From NCBI GenBank assembly GCA_030704615.1, contig CM060732.1, positions 70,556,001-70,620,000 on the forward strand: 64,000 nt of DNA. The letters run 5' to 3'. This document shows positions 24,032-37,394 of the stretch, one piece after another. Source of the DNA: Takakia lepidozioides. Taxonomy: Eukaryota > Plantae > Bryophyta. A program made the translations under genes and the position numbers. The notes beneath the pieces were generated by a model. That model was not told where the DNA came from, made no database searches, and worked only from the letters and a program-made list of their open reading frames with translations. Each line of letters starts with the position of its first letter. The stretch's first letter is position 1.

Positions 24032-27000
24032 TTGGAATATGAAACTTCTTCATGCATGTCTAGCCTACTCAGTTGCAGCACATGAATGTTTAGTGCGGAA
24101 TATAATTGGACAGAGCCATGTGGCACCTCTTCCCCAATTTTCAGATAGTTGGAAGCTCATCTAGTATATACTCCGTGGCATTGGGCACCCACATGAGACA
24201 AGAGCGGGGTGCTTATTCTTTATTGCTGGATACGTGACAGCTATGGCCATTGGGAGTTTTCCCTCTTTTGCAGAGGACATGAAGGTACACAATTGATCTA
24301 ACTCATCTAACTTCTTGGTCTCTGAGGTCCTCGGATCTCCTTCAATGTTGGCACCTCTTTGACATAATTTTTCCACTTGAGATTGAGGGTTGGGGATTGT
24401 AATTAATCTGATTTATTTCCATTACTTGCAGTTTACATGCCTTCACTTGGGCTCTTTTGTTCATTTGCATGTATGTATGTTCTAGTTGCATTATAAGGAT
24501 ATTTCATAATGATGCTCATTGCCATCTGCAGGTGTTCACCCGAGAGAGACTCAACATGGCATGATGGAGTGGTTGTGTTTGTGATAGACAACTCAATCTC
24601 ACCATTGCCATTTCTTTTCGTCACCTCATTTGTTCCAGTTGTCTACTTCAGGTATATTGATGTTGCACTTTCTCTACTCATATTATGTATATTTTCCTTT
24701 TTGAAGGAGCATCAGGCTTCAGCCCAGATTTTACTTTCTAGACCACCTCTACATAACAGTGTCCCCCCAACACAGAGGTGATATGTCCACTTATGAAGAT
24801 AGGGTACCTTAAGGCGATTACAATTTTACAGGGTTAGGTGTGATTTTTATTTAGACATCTGGACCATCTCTCTCTATACTGGATAACAATCATATCTGTA
24901 TATGGTTTAGTCTTGCAAAGAATCTCTTGCCATGAATAGGCTATGCTAAACACTGTCTTTTAAGCCATGAATACTACGTGGAGGGAGTGGTGTTTCAACC
25001 GCTCAAGCTGAATTCATGTGCTTGCATGAGCAGGTTGTATTCCTTGTGGTGGCGGGCTCTTCTACCTAATTGACGATTTGCCAAAGCCTATGTGGCGCTA
25101 CCCTCTCTCTTACATTGTTTTCCACATGTATGCCATACAGGTAAGAAGTACCCTTCCTCAGTGCTAAGTGATCGTTTTTTAAGTTTTATCAATCAATATT
25201 GTTTTGGTTCAGGAAAGTTCAATGTCTCTCAGTTGAAGTGTTGGTAATCTTGCAGGGAATGTTCAAGAACGACTTCCTTGGGCTGACTTTTGATAGCAAT
25301 GATTCAGTTTTCCTACACGAAGACGATGAGACCACTGTGTGTGCACCACATATATCGAATTTTCCTTCGTTTTTGTATCATTCTGACTTCTGAATCCACA
25401 CCTAGGAAACCCTTGTTTCTTGAAAACTGGCCTGAAATTTACTATTGGTTTTTTTTTTCATTTCTGCAGGTCACTTATAGCCTCGAGTAGGGTCTGAGAG
25501 GAGCAATGAAATGTGAGGTAACTCTTATATGTAGACCTTGAGAATTTGTCACCTGGCATGCCCACTTGTGCTTGCAATTCTGTAGGGTATACTTAAGTAC
25601 CACTTCAAATGAAAATGCACATAGACTCATTTCTACTTGAAAGGATTAGTTTTTTTCTTCCTTAAAACACATAACCAATATCACTCAAGCTCCTAGCTTG
25701 GTATGCAATGCATAATGCATGAAATCTCCAGGGGAGTGGTAGGTCACCTAAAGGGGCAATGAAGGCTTGGGATGCTCTATAGCTTGGTAGTGTGGCACTC
25801 CACGCGGTCCATCTTGGTACCCGTCAATGGTAGTCCACCTCCAACTCTCATACACGACTCTAAGACAATCTCCTCATTTTGATGCTTCACAAACTCCTCC
25901 TTGACCAAAAGCAAATGGCGTCAAGGCCTACAATGAGCTAGACACCTTGCCTTAGTTCTAGAAAACACACCTTCCTAAACTAGAGAGCTTCAAGCTCCAC
26001 TCTCTAGGACCTAGGCTCCCTCTAGCAAACTAAACTACAACAAAACAAGAGCAAAGCAAATAAATGAACTAGGTGAAGAAACAAAGAAGCCTTGCCCTTC
26101 TTTTATACTCTTTTTGGGGCTCTTAAATTATTGTAGGATAGTCTTAAACTATTATAAACTAGAGGGAGACATTAAAAAAAAAACCCCTACTAAAATAGAA
26201 TAAACAAATATTTGGATGGAACTCATCCGGGAGACCAGTCAAAAGGTTCTTCCTCATCCTCTTTGACCACTAGGTGGCGGTTAACATCCCAAACTCCCCT
26301 AGGGCGAATTTGAGTCGTTTCATCCAATGAAATACATAGAAATCATTTAAATCGGTCGTCGCAAGTGCCGTAGGCCTTGTAATTCGGTGTCGCTGCTAAC
26401 CTTAACCATAAATCACAACACTTGGTGATAAATTATGATTAGGTGCTCCGTAAGTGCCTCTAAATTCTCAGGTCAATCGAAGTAGAAAAATCATTTCCAA
26501 ACGCCGTGGATCCGTCGTATCGGAAGTTCGCTGCTTCCTTGGAAAAACATCATAATGGTGATGCCCCTGGAGTTCTTGACCCCGCCACTTGATCATATAA
26601 GCTTGGAAGTCATCTCCAACTACCCTTCCGCACCGTTGGCTTGGCCACGCTTCGCTCCAAAGTCGTCCGTTCTGCCGTCATTCCGATGCAGCATCCTACT
26701 GTTATTGCGATATTTCATCGCTATACAATTCCTACTATAAATTGCCTAGTGCTCTCACTGTGTAATCCTACTGGATAAGAGAAGAGGAATAATAGACCGA
26801 TCGCAACCCGTCCTTACAGTCGCCCTCGTACGGTTCAAACACCTAAACTTGCTACACCAGGGTATATTAATATACTCACCCAACATTGGTCTGGACCCGA
26901 CACCCCACTCGATGCTCGTCTCAGCCTTAATCTAAATTCCTTAGTGTTTCACCAGTGGTTCCCTAAATAACTAACAACTTATTATGTATTGGAAGTACAA

Positions 27001-27449
27001 TGCCGAAACTGCCTGGCTAAAGATAAAAAAAAAGATCTGAAAATAAAATTGTACCCATTTATGCATCTACACAGTGCTCTTAGTTACTCAGTTCTCTTCT
27101 TAATAATGAGTTCTAGTTCTCAACTGCTATTTTTTAGTGCAGTTGATCTGGTAGATTCTTGGTGCAATCTGTGTCTCCTGCTCTTCTCCCCCTTGACATG
27201 GTCTTCTGGCTCTGAGTGGAACATCTATTCTCTACCTTCATGGCTAATTGTAAGGTTATTTTTTCCTTACTATTAATAAAATTTCCAGGGCTACAATCCC
27301 CCTGTTCATTTCATTTTTTATTTTTTTTAAAGATTTCTACGTTCATGTCAGTTTAACTAGGACCTACTATCATGTTCAATAAGAAACACTATTGATACTG
27401 TAGGTCAAAGAAGCTGGTTGGAATTGTGTCCTCTCTTCAATAGTATCGT

Positions 27450-27810
27450 ACTAGGGGTAGCCTGTGTTGTTGGCCCAAGTGTCCCAAGTGCAATCCCCAT
27501 ATCCAAGTGGGTCTCCTAGGCCCATGTGTGAAGAATCTATTTGTTTTCCCTGAATTTATTCAGTAGTACTATATCGGCCAGTCATTGCTAAAGGAAAGCC
27601 TACTTTGCTAATTTTCACGAATTTCCGGCGACCAAAAGTACTTGAAATTCCATATCTCCCACACCGCAAGTCCAAAAATCATGAGACTAGCCGGTGCACC
27701 TTCATTGAAGGTTTGCCAACGCTACCAAGCACCAGAGCTGGGGCCTTGTGGTTTGGGAGATCTCAACGCTACAAAACTAACTAAGTAACTACGTTGCTTC
27801 ATATTATATT
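27450..27810. repeat. Dispersed copy of the 19476-20890 repeat module
   Basis: GGGTAGCCTGTG..GGCCCAAGTGTCC and AAGTACTTGAAATTCCATATCTCCCACACCGCAAG..GAGATCTCAACG. Confidence 0.75.
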
Positions 27811-27982
27811 GATGTTAAATAGATTAAAATTATATACAAATTTTAAAATGGGGAGCTGGCCTTGTAATTCATATTAGAATTGCGTCTTGCATATATTGAT
27901 GTTAAATAGATGAAATTTATATACAAATTTTAAAATAGAAAGGGAGAGCTGGCCTTGTAATTCATATTAGAATTGCGTCTTG
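27806..27982. repeat. Tandem duplication of about 88 bp, AT-rich
   Basis: ATATTGATGTTAAATAGAT...GAGCTGGCCTTGTAATTCATATTAGAATTGCGTCTTG occurs twice. Confidence 0.85.
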
Positions 27983-30080
27983 GAGAAAATTGTGAAAGCA
28001 CAATCCATCACTCGCTTTCCACTTAGATAGGGAATCTGTACTGACCCAGGGCTTTCACACACAAAGTATGAAACTCTATGACCATCAAACAGACGTTTGT
28101 GTTATGTATCTCCCAGTGATTGCTCTAAAGGCACCATCATATACGCATCTGCCAGTCTTACCAAGTTCTTAGAAGTGAGGAAGAAGTGTCGCTTTGGGAA
28201 TATCCCTAATTGTTATAATGCAGCAGATTAGCCCTCCCATTACCTGAATATTGGCCTACCCACAAGTGTGTTTGTAGTTTAATTTTGGCAACTCATTGTA
28301 AGCATCCAATATTGAAAGTCAATTCAAGTGTGGCATGACAATCCCAGAACCACTTCAAATCTTACTACCGATACACAATGTTAGGCATAATATCACTACA
28401 CTCTTCAAAGGAGAGAGTGGCAGTAAGCCCATAACATATACAGAGTTATTTGCAGGTCACCCACCGAGTTTATTTCTGGGTCTTTTTCCCTCGTCCTAAC
28501 TTCTCTCCATTTCGTTGCCTTGTTCTTGAAACAACTTGAAAATTTTGGTTGTAAGGATAAGTTCATAAGACTAGTGATTTACTGGTGCTATATTCTCAAT
28601 GGATAGTGAGATGAAGGACATGCAGTCACCCCAAAGACTTCTCAGTATCTGAGCACAATCATGGACCACCAGGCCTCGCAATCAGGCGAAGGTGCTGCGG
28701 AAGTGCTGGCTCGGAGATCTTCATCTCCTCCATATACCGTTTTCCATTAGATCCAAATGTCTTGAACCTTGCTATATAATCCTCAAAGATGGTTTCCCTG
28801 TAGGAAGCCCCATCCCGGGTCACCAATTTTGAAGCAAGAGCAATTCTTGCAGTTGCTGAGGGACCAAAGAAGGTGGCCACAGAGATGCGTGCCTTCTCTG
28901 ACCACAACTCGGTGCTCGTTGCTCTTGTATTTGCCATTGGTTAATATCTGCATGTTTTATGATCAGGCAGAATTTTGCAGTGAGCCATTTGTTGTCATCT
29001 CCTCTACCTCATGCCCTTTGTTTATTATCAATCTATCTCTTGCTTTCCCCACTTGTTAGTCTAAGTCCCCGCAATCAATCTGGGCACGGGGTCTATGACC
29101 ACATGAATATGAAAACAAACGTCTCATGGATATATTATCTCAACATCCTTCTTTTCTTCTCTCTGCTTCCACCATTGCTTGGATATACCCACTGGTAATC
29201 TGTCGTCATAAGTGTTCCTTATTTTCCAACACCTGTATGTCGATATCTCGAAACACTACAATAAATAATAAAATCTCTCAAATGTAATGCTGCTCTCAAG
29301 GGAAAAAAATCTACCTCCATCTGGTCACCCATGTTGATCACCAAAGCAATTGGCAAAGGTTGAACCTTGACCCATCCACCATGCTTGTCACACACTTCCA
29401 GACCTCCTATTTGGTCTTGCAATAGGATAGTGAGAAGCAAAGGGTCCGAATGGGCTGCATTCCCAAGGACAGCTTCCGACTCTGGACACGGTGGATAATA
29501 ACTTGCTAATGTTAATCGTAGTCCAGTTGCGGCAAGGCTAAGGAATTTTGAGCTTAGCCCAAGAGACTCTGATAAAGCACAAAGGAGCTTATCACTCAGA
29601 AGTTTCACTTGCTTGTCGTACTCCAAATTGAGATCTCTGTCAGTGCAACAGATTGCCGAAAAATGGATCAGCCCTTTCACACCCATGTTGCACCTCTCTG
29701 CTTCTTATCTCATGGATACAAATGTGCAATGGATCAAATCTAGAGGTACAAAATTTGCAATCTTCTGGTATAGACACACAAATTACTAGAAACGTAGAAA
29801 TTTGAGAGAGAAGAGTACAATTCTATGGGCACAACTCTTCATAATTGAACACCCCCTGTCATCATTTAAGACACAATAGACAACCCCCATTGCAAGACTA
29901 TTGTGTGAAAGGCCCAAAAACTTAGGAGGAGGATATTGAAGCTCCAATACATAGACCAGTGAGTTCAAAGGTTGATGTTTTGGAAAAGGACTGCTTATGA
30001 TACCTGTAAGACCCGCCTTTCCTTGAATCTACAGCAATGTTGCCAAAACACAGACAAGTAAACAAGGATGCAATAAACTA

Positions 30081-31260
30081 ATGTTGGTCACCTACTTGAA
30101 TGTCAAAGGCTCTGTGGGGTCTCCCCAGATAGGATGTACTCTTGAGACTAACGTAAGTAAATGCGCATTGGTGGCATTCAACGACCCGAGTGGGGAGGGA
30201 GGAGGCGACCTCAAGTGGCAGTGGGGAAGCCAAGAGATACACGTCCTCCCTTCCTACACATACCTTGGCATTGAGTTTTCCTCCAACTGTAATTGGGAAG
30301 CACAAATTCAGAAAGTGATTCAATCTGGCAAGCGCAAAGCGTTGGGTCTCACTAATTTTTTGCACTGCAAAGGGATCAACTCGGAAGTAAAAAATCATGC
30401 TTATCAAGTTATTAGGCCTATCTTAGAGTACGCATCTGTTGTGTGGGTTGATAACTGGAACCAGGCTAAGTCTCTAGAATCCATTCAAGTGGGGGTGCTC
30501 AAGGAGTGCATGTCAGCATACTCCAAAACAGCTAATGTGGGTATTCCTCCATTAATTAAGCTCCCTACGCAATGAATTCAAGGTCAGATGGTGGGGTCAG
30601 TTGCAACGTATGACTAATACCAGGTGTCCTAAGTTAATCAACTTTATATCTTGAAGCAGAGTGCACTGTTAAGGAGACTAAGTCCTGGCGGGAGAGGGTA
30701 AAGGAGATATTCAAGGATCTGAATCTAAGTCTGCAAGCCATGACCCTACTGGATAAATATGACTTAAAGACTGACGTTTGCAAAGCCATATATGTTGCCA
30801 GGAAATTGTCTGATGAAAATGAAGTTAGGCAGAAAACTCCCCTGCATTTGTTTCCATCGATGACATGGATGAGGCCATTGTGGATGACCTCAAAAGGTTA
30901 CCCACTCTCCACACTAGACTGGCACTCAGGGCGAGTAGTGTACCTTTGAACAGCAAACAGAAGCAGAGAAGAACGGGGGATTGTAAATGCCCATTGTGTG
31001 GGCAACCTGAAGACAATATCCACTTTTTGATTGATTGTCTTGGGTACTCTCACCAGAGAGAGACCCTCTTCAATTCCATCAAGGGATTTGTTCTTGTACC
31101 TCTATTTACCAACTTTCAAAATCTTGTGGCTGAGCCAAAAGCCCAGGCCCTTTGGAGGTATAGTTGTCGGGCAAATCACACACGGCCGCACATTGATGTT
31201 TGTGTGAAGGGATTTCTAGAAGATATCTGAAAACTCGGAGCAATTGCTTGTTTCAAGGTA
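30081..31260 (+). mobile_element. LINE RT C-terminal fragment in dioxygenase intron 2
   Basis: NVSKC..SYTYLGIEF..IRPILEYASVVW and CPLCGQPEDNIHFLIDC. Frameshifted. Confidence 0.75.
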
Positions 31261-32989
31261 AGTCGTATGTCTTATGAGTACATTCTATTTGGAGAGATCT
31301 CGGATAGGGAAGAAGTGAGTTGGATAGGAAAGGTGAAGATTTTCTGTCTCTCGTAGACTGTACATGGCTTGAGGATGCAAAATCTCTCAAATTCTCTAGC
31401 GTACTTCACTGGAACACTACACTCAAATATGAAATTGTCCACTATCTGAATTGGCCATCCGCATTCTTCTGGGGCTAGAACATTTGCAATTGCAACATTC
31501 TCTAAAGTCCGCAGGGAAATTTCTTACTTACCTTTCTTACCGGATACTTAAAGGATGTTGTGAATGGACTTTTCCAACTGGAAAGAAGAGAGCGAATGAG
31601 TCACTGCCCTTGCTCAAAGGTTTGACAATCTCTTTGGTTTGACAATTGATGGCCTTTCACATTTCCTCCAGAGTAAGTAGAATGAGACGTGCGATTTCCA
31701 CGGTATACTTCTCGCTTTCGCCACAATCTTTTGGATCCGTGAGGTTGATTGTCATATCTGAATTTGTGTTGTTGGTGGGATCAATACATATAAGGTGGTG
31801 AATCATGGTGTTCCCCTGGCACTGCTTGATGATGTTTTGCGGGCAGATAAACAATTCTTTGAGCTGCCTCTTGAGGAAAAGCTGAAGTACTCGCCTGTGG
31901 CCGAAGAATCTAAAGTTAACTATGGCTCTGGCTCTGCTGTCAATGCGGGCAGTGTTTTGCCATGGAAAGATTATCTTGCCATTGTGTGTTTCCCTGCACC
32001 GGAGGTGGACTCCACCCAATCTTCAGGAGTTCTCTACAATTGTGTACCTAGAAAAATCGCCATTCCTCCGTCACACATCTAATCTCCTCCAGGACTCACT
32101 ACAACAGATTGCGGCTTTTATGACTCCCATGGGTGCGCAGTCATGACAGATTTGTGGCAGAAATGCCATTTGCAGTCGTAAAATGCTTTTGAAGTCATAA
32201 TGCAGGTCTGGAGAAGGCGTATATGCGACTGCATGGCTTCGGACTCTGCGCAACACAGGTCAAACATGTTTGACCACGAATATTGGCATGGCAGATATGA
32301 CTACCAGTCACGGTCATGGCTACACTGGAATGACGTGTGCATATTGCAAGACAGACATATGACTTCATGACTCTCACTCTAATGCATTATGCCAGATCAT
32401 CACATGGGTGAATCACTACATGACTACACGTGTCGACACATGCTTTTCTGGTTATATATATAATATATGAGTATTTATATCTTAAAAAAACGGAGACTCT
32501 TACCACTAGAATGAATTAAAAAAAACCCAAAAAAAACAAAGATTTAAAAGTGCACAGTGTGTCGCCCTTGTGGTTTGGGGTTCAAACCCGCTGCCCTTAT
32601 CCCGTGTGTGGGATTGTTCGAGACGGTATGTCTTGACGTTGATCGTCCTGTAGGTCTTATGGCCCATAAATGAAGGCGGGTGAATTTTCCCCCTCCTCAA
32701 GGGCTTGTGGTTTCCTTTAAGAAAAAAATAAAAAAAATAAAAAAAATCAAAAGGGCTTTTAGGGTTACAAAAAGGTTAAAAAACTTAAAAGTTGCCCATC
32801 ACGGTAGCGTGAACAGACTTAGAGCGAGCGGGAGGGAGAGAGAGAGAGGTTGGGACTTAGAGCGAGCGAGCGGGAGAGAGGGCAAACATGCATGGGAGGC
32901 CCGCAGTTGGATCAACCTTCACATCTGGAGCAAGCAACCCTAGAAACGCTAGGGTATGTGTGCGAGGAGGTTTCGGCTGGGAGCCCGCC

Positions 32990-33940
32990 GTTCTTGGGAG
33001 AGTCAGCTTCGTCTTAGCAGGCCGTGTTTCAATCTCTACCCGCTCGGCCCTGATTTTACAGCACGGAGCAGAGCTGGCATGAGTTTCTAAAAGATCCTTC
33101 ACGATGGTGGGACAACCGCAATCGCAAGGTGTGGCTTTTTCTTAATGTACGATGTGAAGAAGTTTGTCCATCCTGCAAATGTGGGTTGGCTCTCCTGTTA
33201 GTACCATGATTTGGTATTCTTCCTGATGTTTACAAGGTTCTTGGGAGAGTTAGCTTGGTCTTAGTAGGCCGTGTTTCAATCTCTGCCCACTCAGCTGCAC
33301 CGTGGTGGTTCTCACTGACCAATCCGACATTACCTAACTACAGACACAAGCAGCACACACTAGAGGTCATCTTGGGTTCATGTTCAGTCAAATCCTCCAT
33401 GGGTCATGACACAAGGTCGAGGACAATGTGGTGAGGGCACCTTCTTCTTCGACCTATTTCAGCCTATTTTGCCCGCTCATCAGACTCGGCCCTGAATTTG
33501 AATCATGGAGCAGAGCTGGCATGAGTTTTTTTAAGATCCTTCACAGGGTGCGACCGCAATCGCAAGGTGTGGTTTTTTTTTTAATGTACGATGTGCAGAA
33601 TTTTGTCCATCCTGCAAATGTGGGTTGTTGGCTCCTGTTAGTACCATGATTTGATATTCTTCCTGATGTTTACAAGGTTCTTGGGAGAGTCAGCTTGGTC
33701 TTAGCAGACCGTGTTTCAAAGTCTGCCTGCTCAGCTGCACCGTGGTGCAGGTTCTCACTGACCAATCCGACATTACCTGACTACAGACAAGCATCACACA
33801 CAAGGTCAAATCCTCCATGGGTCATGACACAAGGTCAAGGACAGTGTGGTGAGGGCACCTTCTTCTTCGACCTATTTCAGCATGTTTTGCCCTCTCATCA
33901 GACGCCCTGAGATGCATATTGAATTTTGTAAGTTAGCTCA
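32990..33940 (+). repeat. Internal imperfect tandem triplication in the CACTA element
   Basis: TTCTTGGGAGAGT(C/T)AGCTT(C/G)GTCTTAG starts at 32991, 33238 and 33678. It includes partial monomers of the 121-bp satellite (about 33428-33500 and 33846-33940). Confidence 0.8.
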
Positions 33941-34739
33941 TTGCTCGTTGATAAGTAGGGTTGGGGGTGTTTGCTGGAACAATTCTAGGCTGTCATTGTC
34001 AGCTGCTAGCAGGAAGGCAAGGATGTATGCATAGATAGCTGAAGGATTTTGTGCAGAGGCATAGATAGCTGAAGGAGCAGGGATAGAGTGTGGGCCCAAA
34101 TTCGTCCAAGAGGGCCGGATTTCAAGCTCCATTATTTCAGTGTCATCCATTCAGCCAGGGATTTCCTGGTGACATTGCCAAGGCTTTACTCGCAACACGA
34201 TGCTTGTAAAGCTTCCTTAGCTTGAATGCTGATTATACTTGAATTATTAGGTTTGTAAAGCCAGTTTTGAAATTTTCATGGTAATCAGCTCTCTTGAAAA
34301 TCTGTAGGTTGCAAGCCATTTACAGCGGGCCGTGGGTGGACTGGAAGACAGCCATTGAAAGTCCTGGTGCAAGTTAATACCAGTGGAGAGCAGAATAAGC
34401 TTCATATGCCCTTTTGGTGCTAGTTATCTTCATGTATGGTACTGTTGAACACCAACAATCTTTTGGTGAGATTCTGTCTTGGTGCACATGTCTGATAAAG
34501 AAAGACGGTAATGTTTGTTCTGAAACCTTAAGGCGTGAAATGATTCAACACAACAAGAGCATTATGCGTGTCACAGTACAAGCTATAAGAAAGCAAGAGA
34601 TACATAGTTATACAGTCAAACAGACAACTATCAGTTTCTGTGGAATCTCTTGCCAATGGCAGGATGGGTTGGGAATAGCCAAGTCAGGAGGTGAATGCCT
34701 GTCAAATTACCACATGTCCTTTTGAACACTGCCCCTGTC

Positions 34740-35160
34740 CTGGTGGACATGTACGCCAATTGTGGGTGCATTGAGGATGCAAAGGGAGTGTTCAACACTA
34801 TGGCTGAACGAGATGTGGTATCGTGGAGTGCGATGCTTGCTGGGTATACACAGCTGGGGTGCGGGATGGAGGCTCCAACCTTTGAGAAAATGATGGGGGA
34901 AGGGGTGAAGGCCGCCGACATAACATTTGTGTGCGTTTGCAGTGCGTCTGCAGCCCTGGAAAAGGGCAAAGAGATCCATGGTGACATCATCAAATCTGCA
35001 ATTGTACCAGATGTCATCCTGAACATGGCTCTGGTGGCCATGTATGCTAAATGTGGGAGCATTGAGGATGCCAAGGGAGTGTTCAACACTATGGCTGAAC
35101 TAGATGTGGTGTCGTGGAATGCGATGCTTGAAGGGTGTGCAAAGCAGGAGCGCGGGATGG
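34740..35160 (+). pseudogene. PLS-class PPR gene fragment inside the CACTA element
   Basis: LVDMYANCGCIEDAKGVFNTMAERDVVSWSAMLAGY..GVKAADITFVCVCSA..MYAKCGSIEDAKGVF. No E/DYW domain seen. Confidence 0.85.
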
Positions 35161-37394
35161 GGCTTTGGACACCTGAAAGCAAATGATGGAGAAAAGACCT
35201 TCTTCAACATATTTCACCCTGTTTTCCCTGCTAGTGTTTGCTTTGACAATTCTAGGCTGTCATTGTCAGCTGCTAGCAGCAAGGCGAGGATGTATGCATG
35301 ATTTGTGCAGAGGCATGGATAGTTGAAGGAGCAGGGATTTCGTGTGGGTCCAGATTCATCCAAGAAGGCCAGATTTCAAGCACAAGATTACCTGTGATTC
35401 CCTGTGGATCAATAGCTACAAGAAACCTGCATGGGTAGATGGTCAACTGGGAGCAGCGGCACAAGTGATAAAATCAGGCACTGCTAATGAAGGCATCTTC
35501 TTCAACACATTTCACCCTATTTTTCCCTCTTATCAGAATCGGCCCTAAATTTACATGTTCAATTCTGCAAGTTAGCTGGTTGAGTGAATCTAGTTTGGAG
35601 TGACTTTGACATGATACTGCCAATGTGACAACAGGAAAGTGTCAAAAAATAGGTAACAGAGATGAGGAGAAGCTGTGGAATGAATACTTATCTGAGCCCA
35701 GTCACTGATGGGTCAACCGGGGCAGAAAGGTGAATGCCTGCTACATTTCAGAGAGTAGTAGACGCAATTCAGCATAGGAACTAGTGTGCTACGTTGAGTT
35801 GGGTGTTTCCTAGAACAAATGTAGGCTGTCATTGTCAGCTGCTAGCAGCAAGGCAAGGATGAATGCTTGATTTGTGCAGAGGCATGGATAGCTGAAGGAA
35901 TAGAGATAGAGTGTGGGTGACGCAGGGTGCTGGGCAATGGGCAAGATGTCTTTGTATAAACGTGAGTGATCTTCCTATCATCCTGGGTTTCATTTTTAGT
36001 GCATGTTTCTTTGTGAAGTATCTGACGACTTCGCCAATACACACCAACCTTTTTGCTTTGGTTTGTTTAGGACATGGGATAGAAGTTACCATAAACAACA
36101 CTGGCATTGGTTTTTCATATATGGTATTAGATAATTCTCTTAATTGTTTCCGCCTCGACAGGTTGCTCAGTGACCTTCCCTGGACGCTTTGGAGTATAAC
36201 GAGTGAGTGTTTCACAATGCAATATTGGTTGGTGCATCTTATGCAAGAACTTGGAAAACAAACAAATGTCCTTGCTGTAGTAATTCTTAAGCCATGCAAG
36301 CCGTTTTTGATGGGTTGCAGATTGATGGAATACATGAGTAGTTAGAAGATTCTGGGTGAACACTTTTCAAAGTGTTATAGTTAGACAAAATAATTCACAT
36401 GAGAACATGCGACTATTTAATGTATTTTTAGATCGCAACAAAAATGATAATGATAAATAGATTGGTAAATAGAGATGGTATGCAATCTCTTGGTTTTGCT
36501 CAGCTTGTTGCAGTTATGTCTTGCTGCCTTGTTCTCTTTGTATTATATATTATATTTCATTGTTGTAATAGACATGTACATGACTGCTATCATAGTCATA
36601 ATAATGACTACATCTATTTTCACTCTCCAATAGTACTACACCACGTGGCAGAAATACAAATATGTAAAAAAAATAGCAATACACCCCAAAACCCATCATG
36701 ACACATGTCAATCTGCTGATGGACCACGTGTAAAAACTGCAACACGCCACGTGTTGCAACCGGATTAGCACACCCGTAGTCATAGTTCGCAGTCATGGAG
36801 AGCTAAACACTCCGCCACGTGTCATTTCCTGCATCGAGCACGTGCCATTCTTGCACAGCTGCTGACATGGACTACACTGTCCGTTCAGTCATTCAGTAAA
36901 GCCAACGTGTATGACTACCCCCACAGCTGCTCTGGGCGCCACGTGACAGCCAGCCTAGAGAGTCATATCTGCCATGTCACAACTGACTAGGTCTTTACGT
37001 CTGCAGAGTCAGGAAGTCGTAAATGGCTTCTATGACTGCATTTGCAGTCATAACACAGAGACGTAAAAGCCGCAATTTGTTGTAGTGACTGAGGCACGGC
37101 CATCACCTTCTATTCCTGTCAAATCTATCACAGGTATGGACCGTTGATCCGCACTGATGAAGCTCTCCTCTAGCGACTTCCTTTTGAAGATGGAGGGAAC
37201 CTGCTTCGTCTCTGACAATTCCTTCACTGAACCAAATGCTCGAGCAATATTGGTCGAGACAGCAGTTGATGCCATTCCTCAGTCAGAAAGAACTCAACTA
37301 TTAAACCAACTAGTAATATGCGATGCCTCTATGTTTTGTACAAAACATGGAAAGTATAACAAGGATCTACCCTTATATTAGTGTATATTTTCGT

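Larger units (their letters stand above)
32097..37087. mobile_element. Non-autonomous CACTA (EnSpm) element, 4991 bp, carrying PPR fragments
   Basis: TIRs CACTACAACAGATTGCGGCTTTTA (32097) and TAAAAGCCGCAATTTGTTGTAGTG (ends 37087). 3-bp TSD ACT at 32094-32096 and 37088-37090. Removing it restores the dioxygenase exon 1 frame. ATGAC/GTCAT-rich subterminal regions. No transposase seen. Confidence 0.92.
28659..37275 (-). pseudogene. 2-oxoglutarate/Fe(II)-dependent dioxygenase (DOXC class) pseudogene, 4 exons
   Basis: Exon 1 is 37275-37088 plus 32093-32048 (IPVIDL...RASVLEEIRCVTEEWRFF*, TAG where Gln is expected), split by a CACTA element. Exon 2 is 31795-32026 on the PLUS strand (VVNHGV..FFELPLEEK..WKDYL). 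Exon 3 is 29636-29315 (YYPPCP, HSD, LTILLQD, NMGDQME). Exon 4 is 28947-28659 (TNGKYKSNEHR, frameshift, RISVATF). HxD..H and RxS motifs are present. Confidence 0.88.

Noticed and set aside
25560-26840. Solo LTR-like region
   Set aside because: No defensible boundaries or diagnostic motifs.
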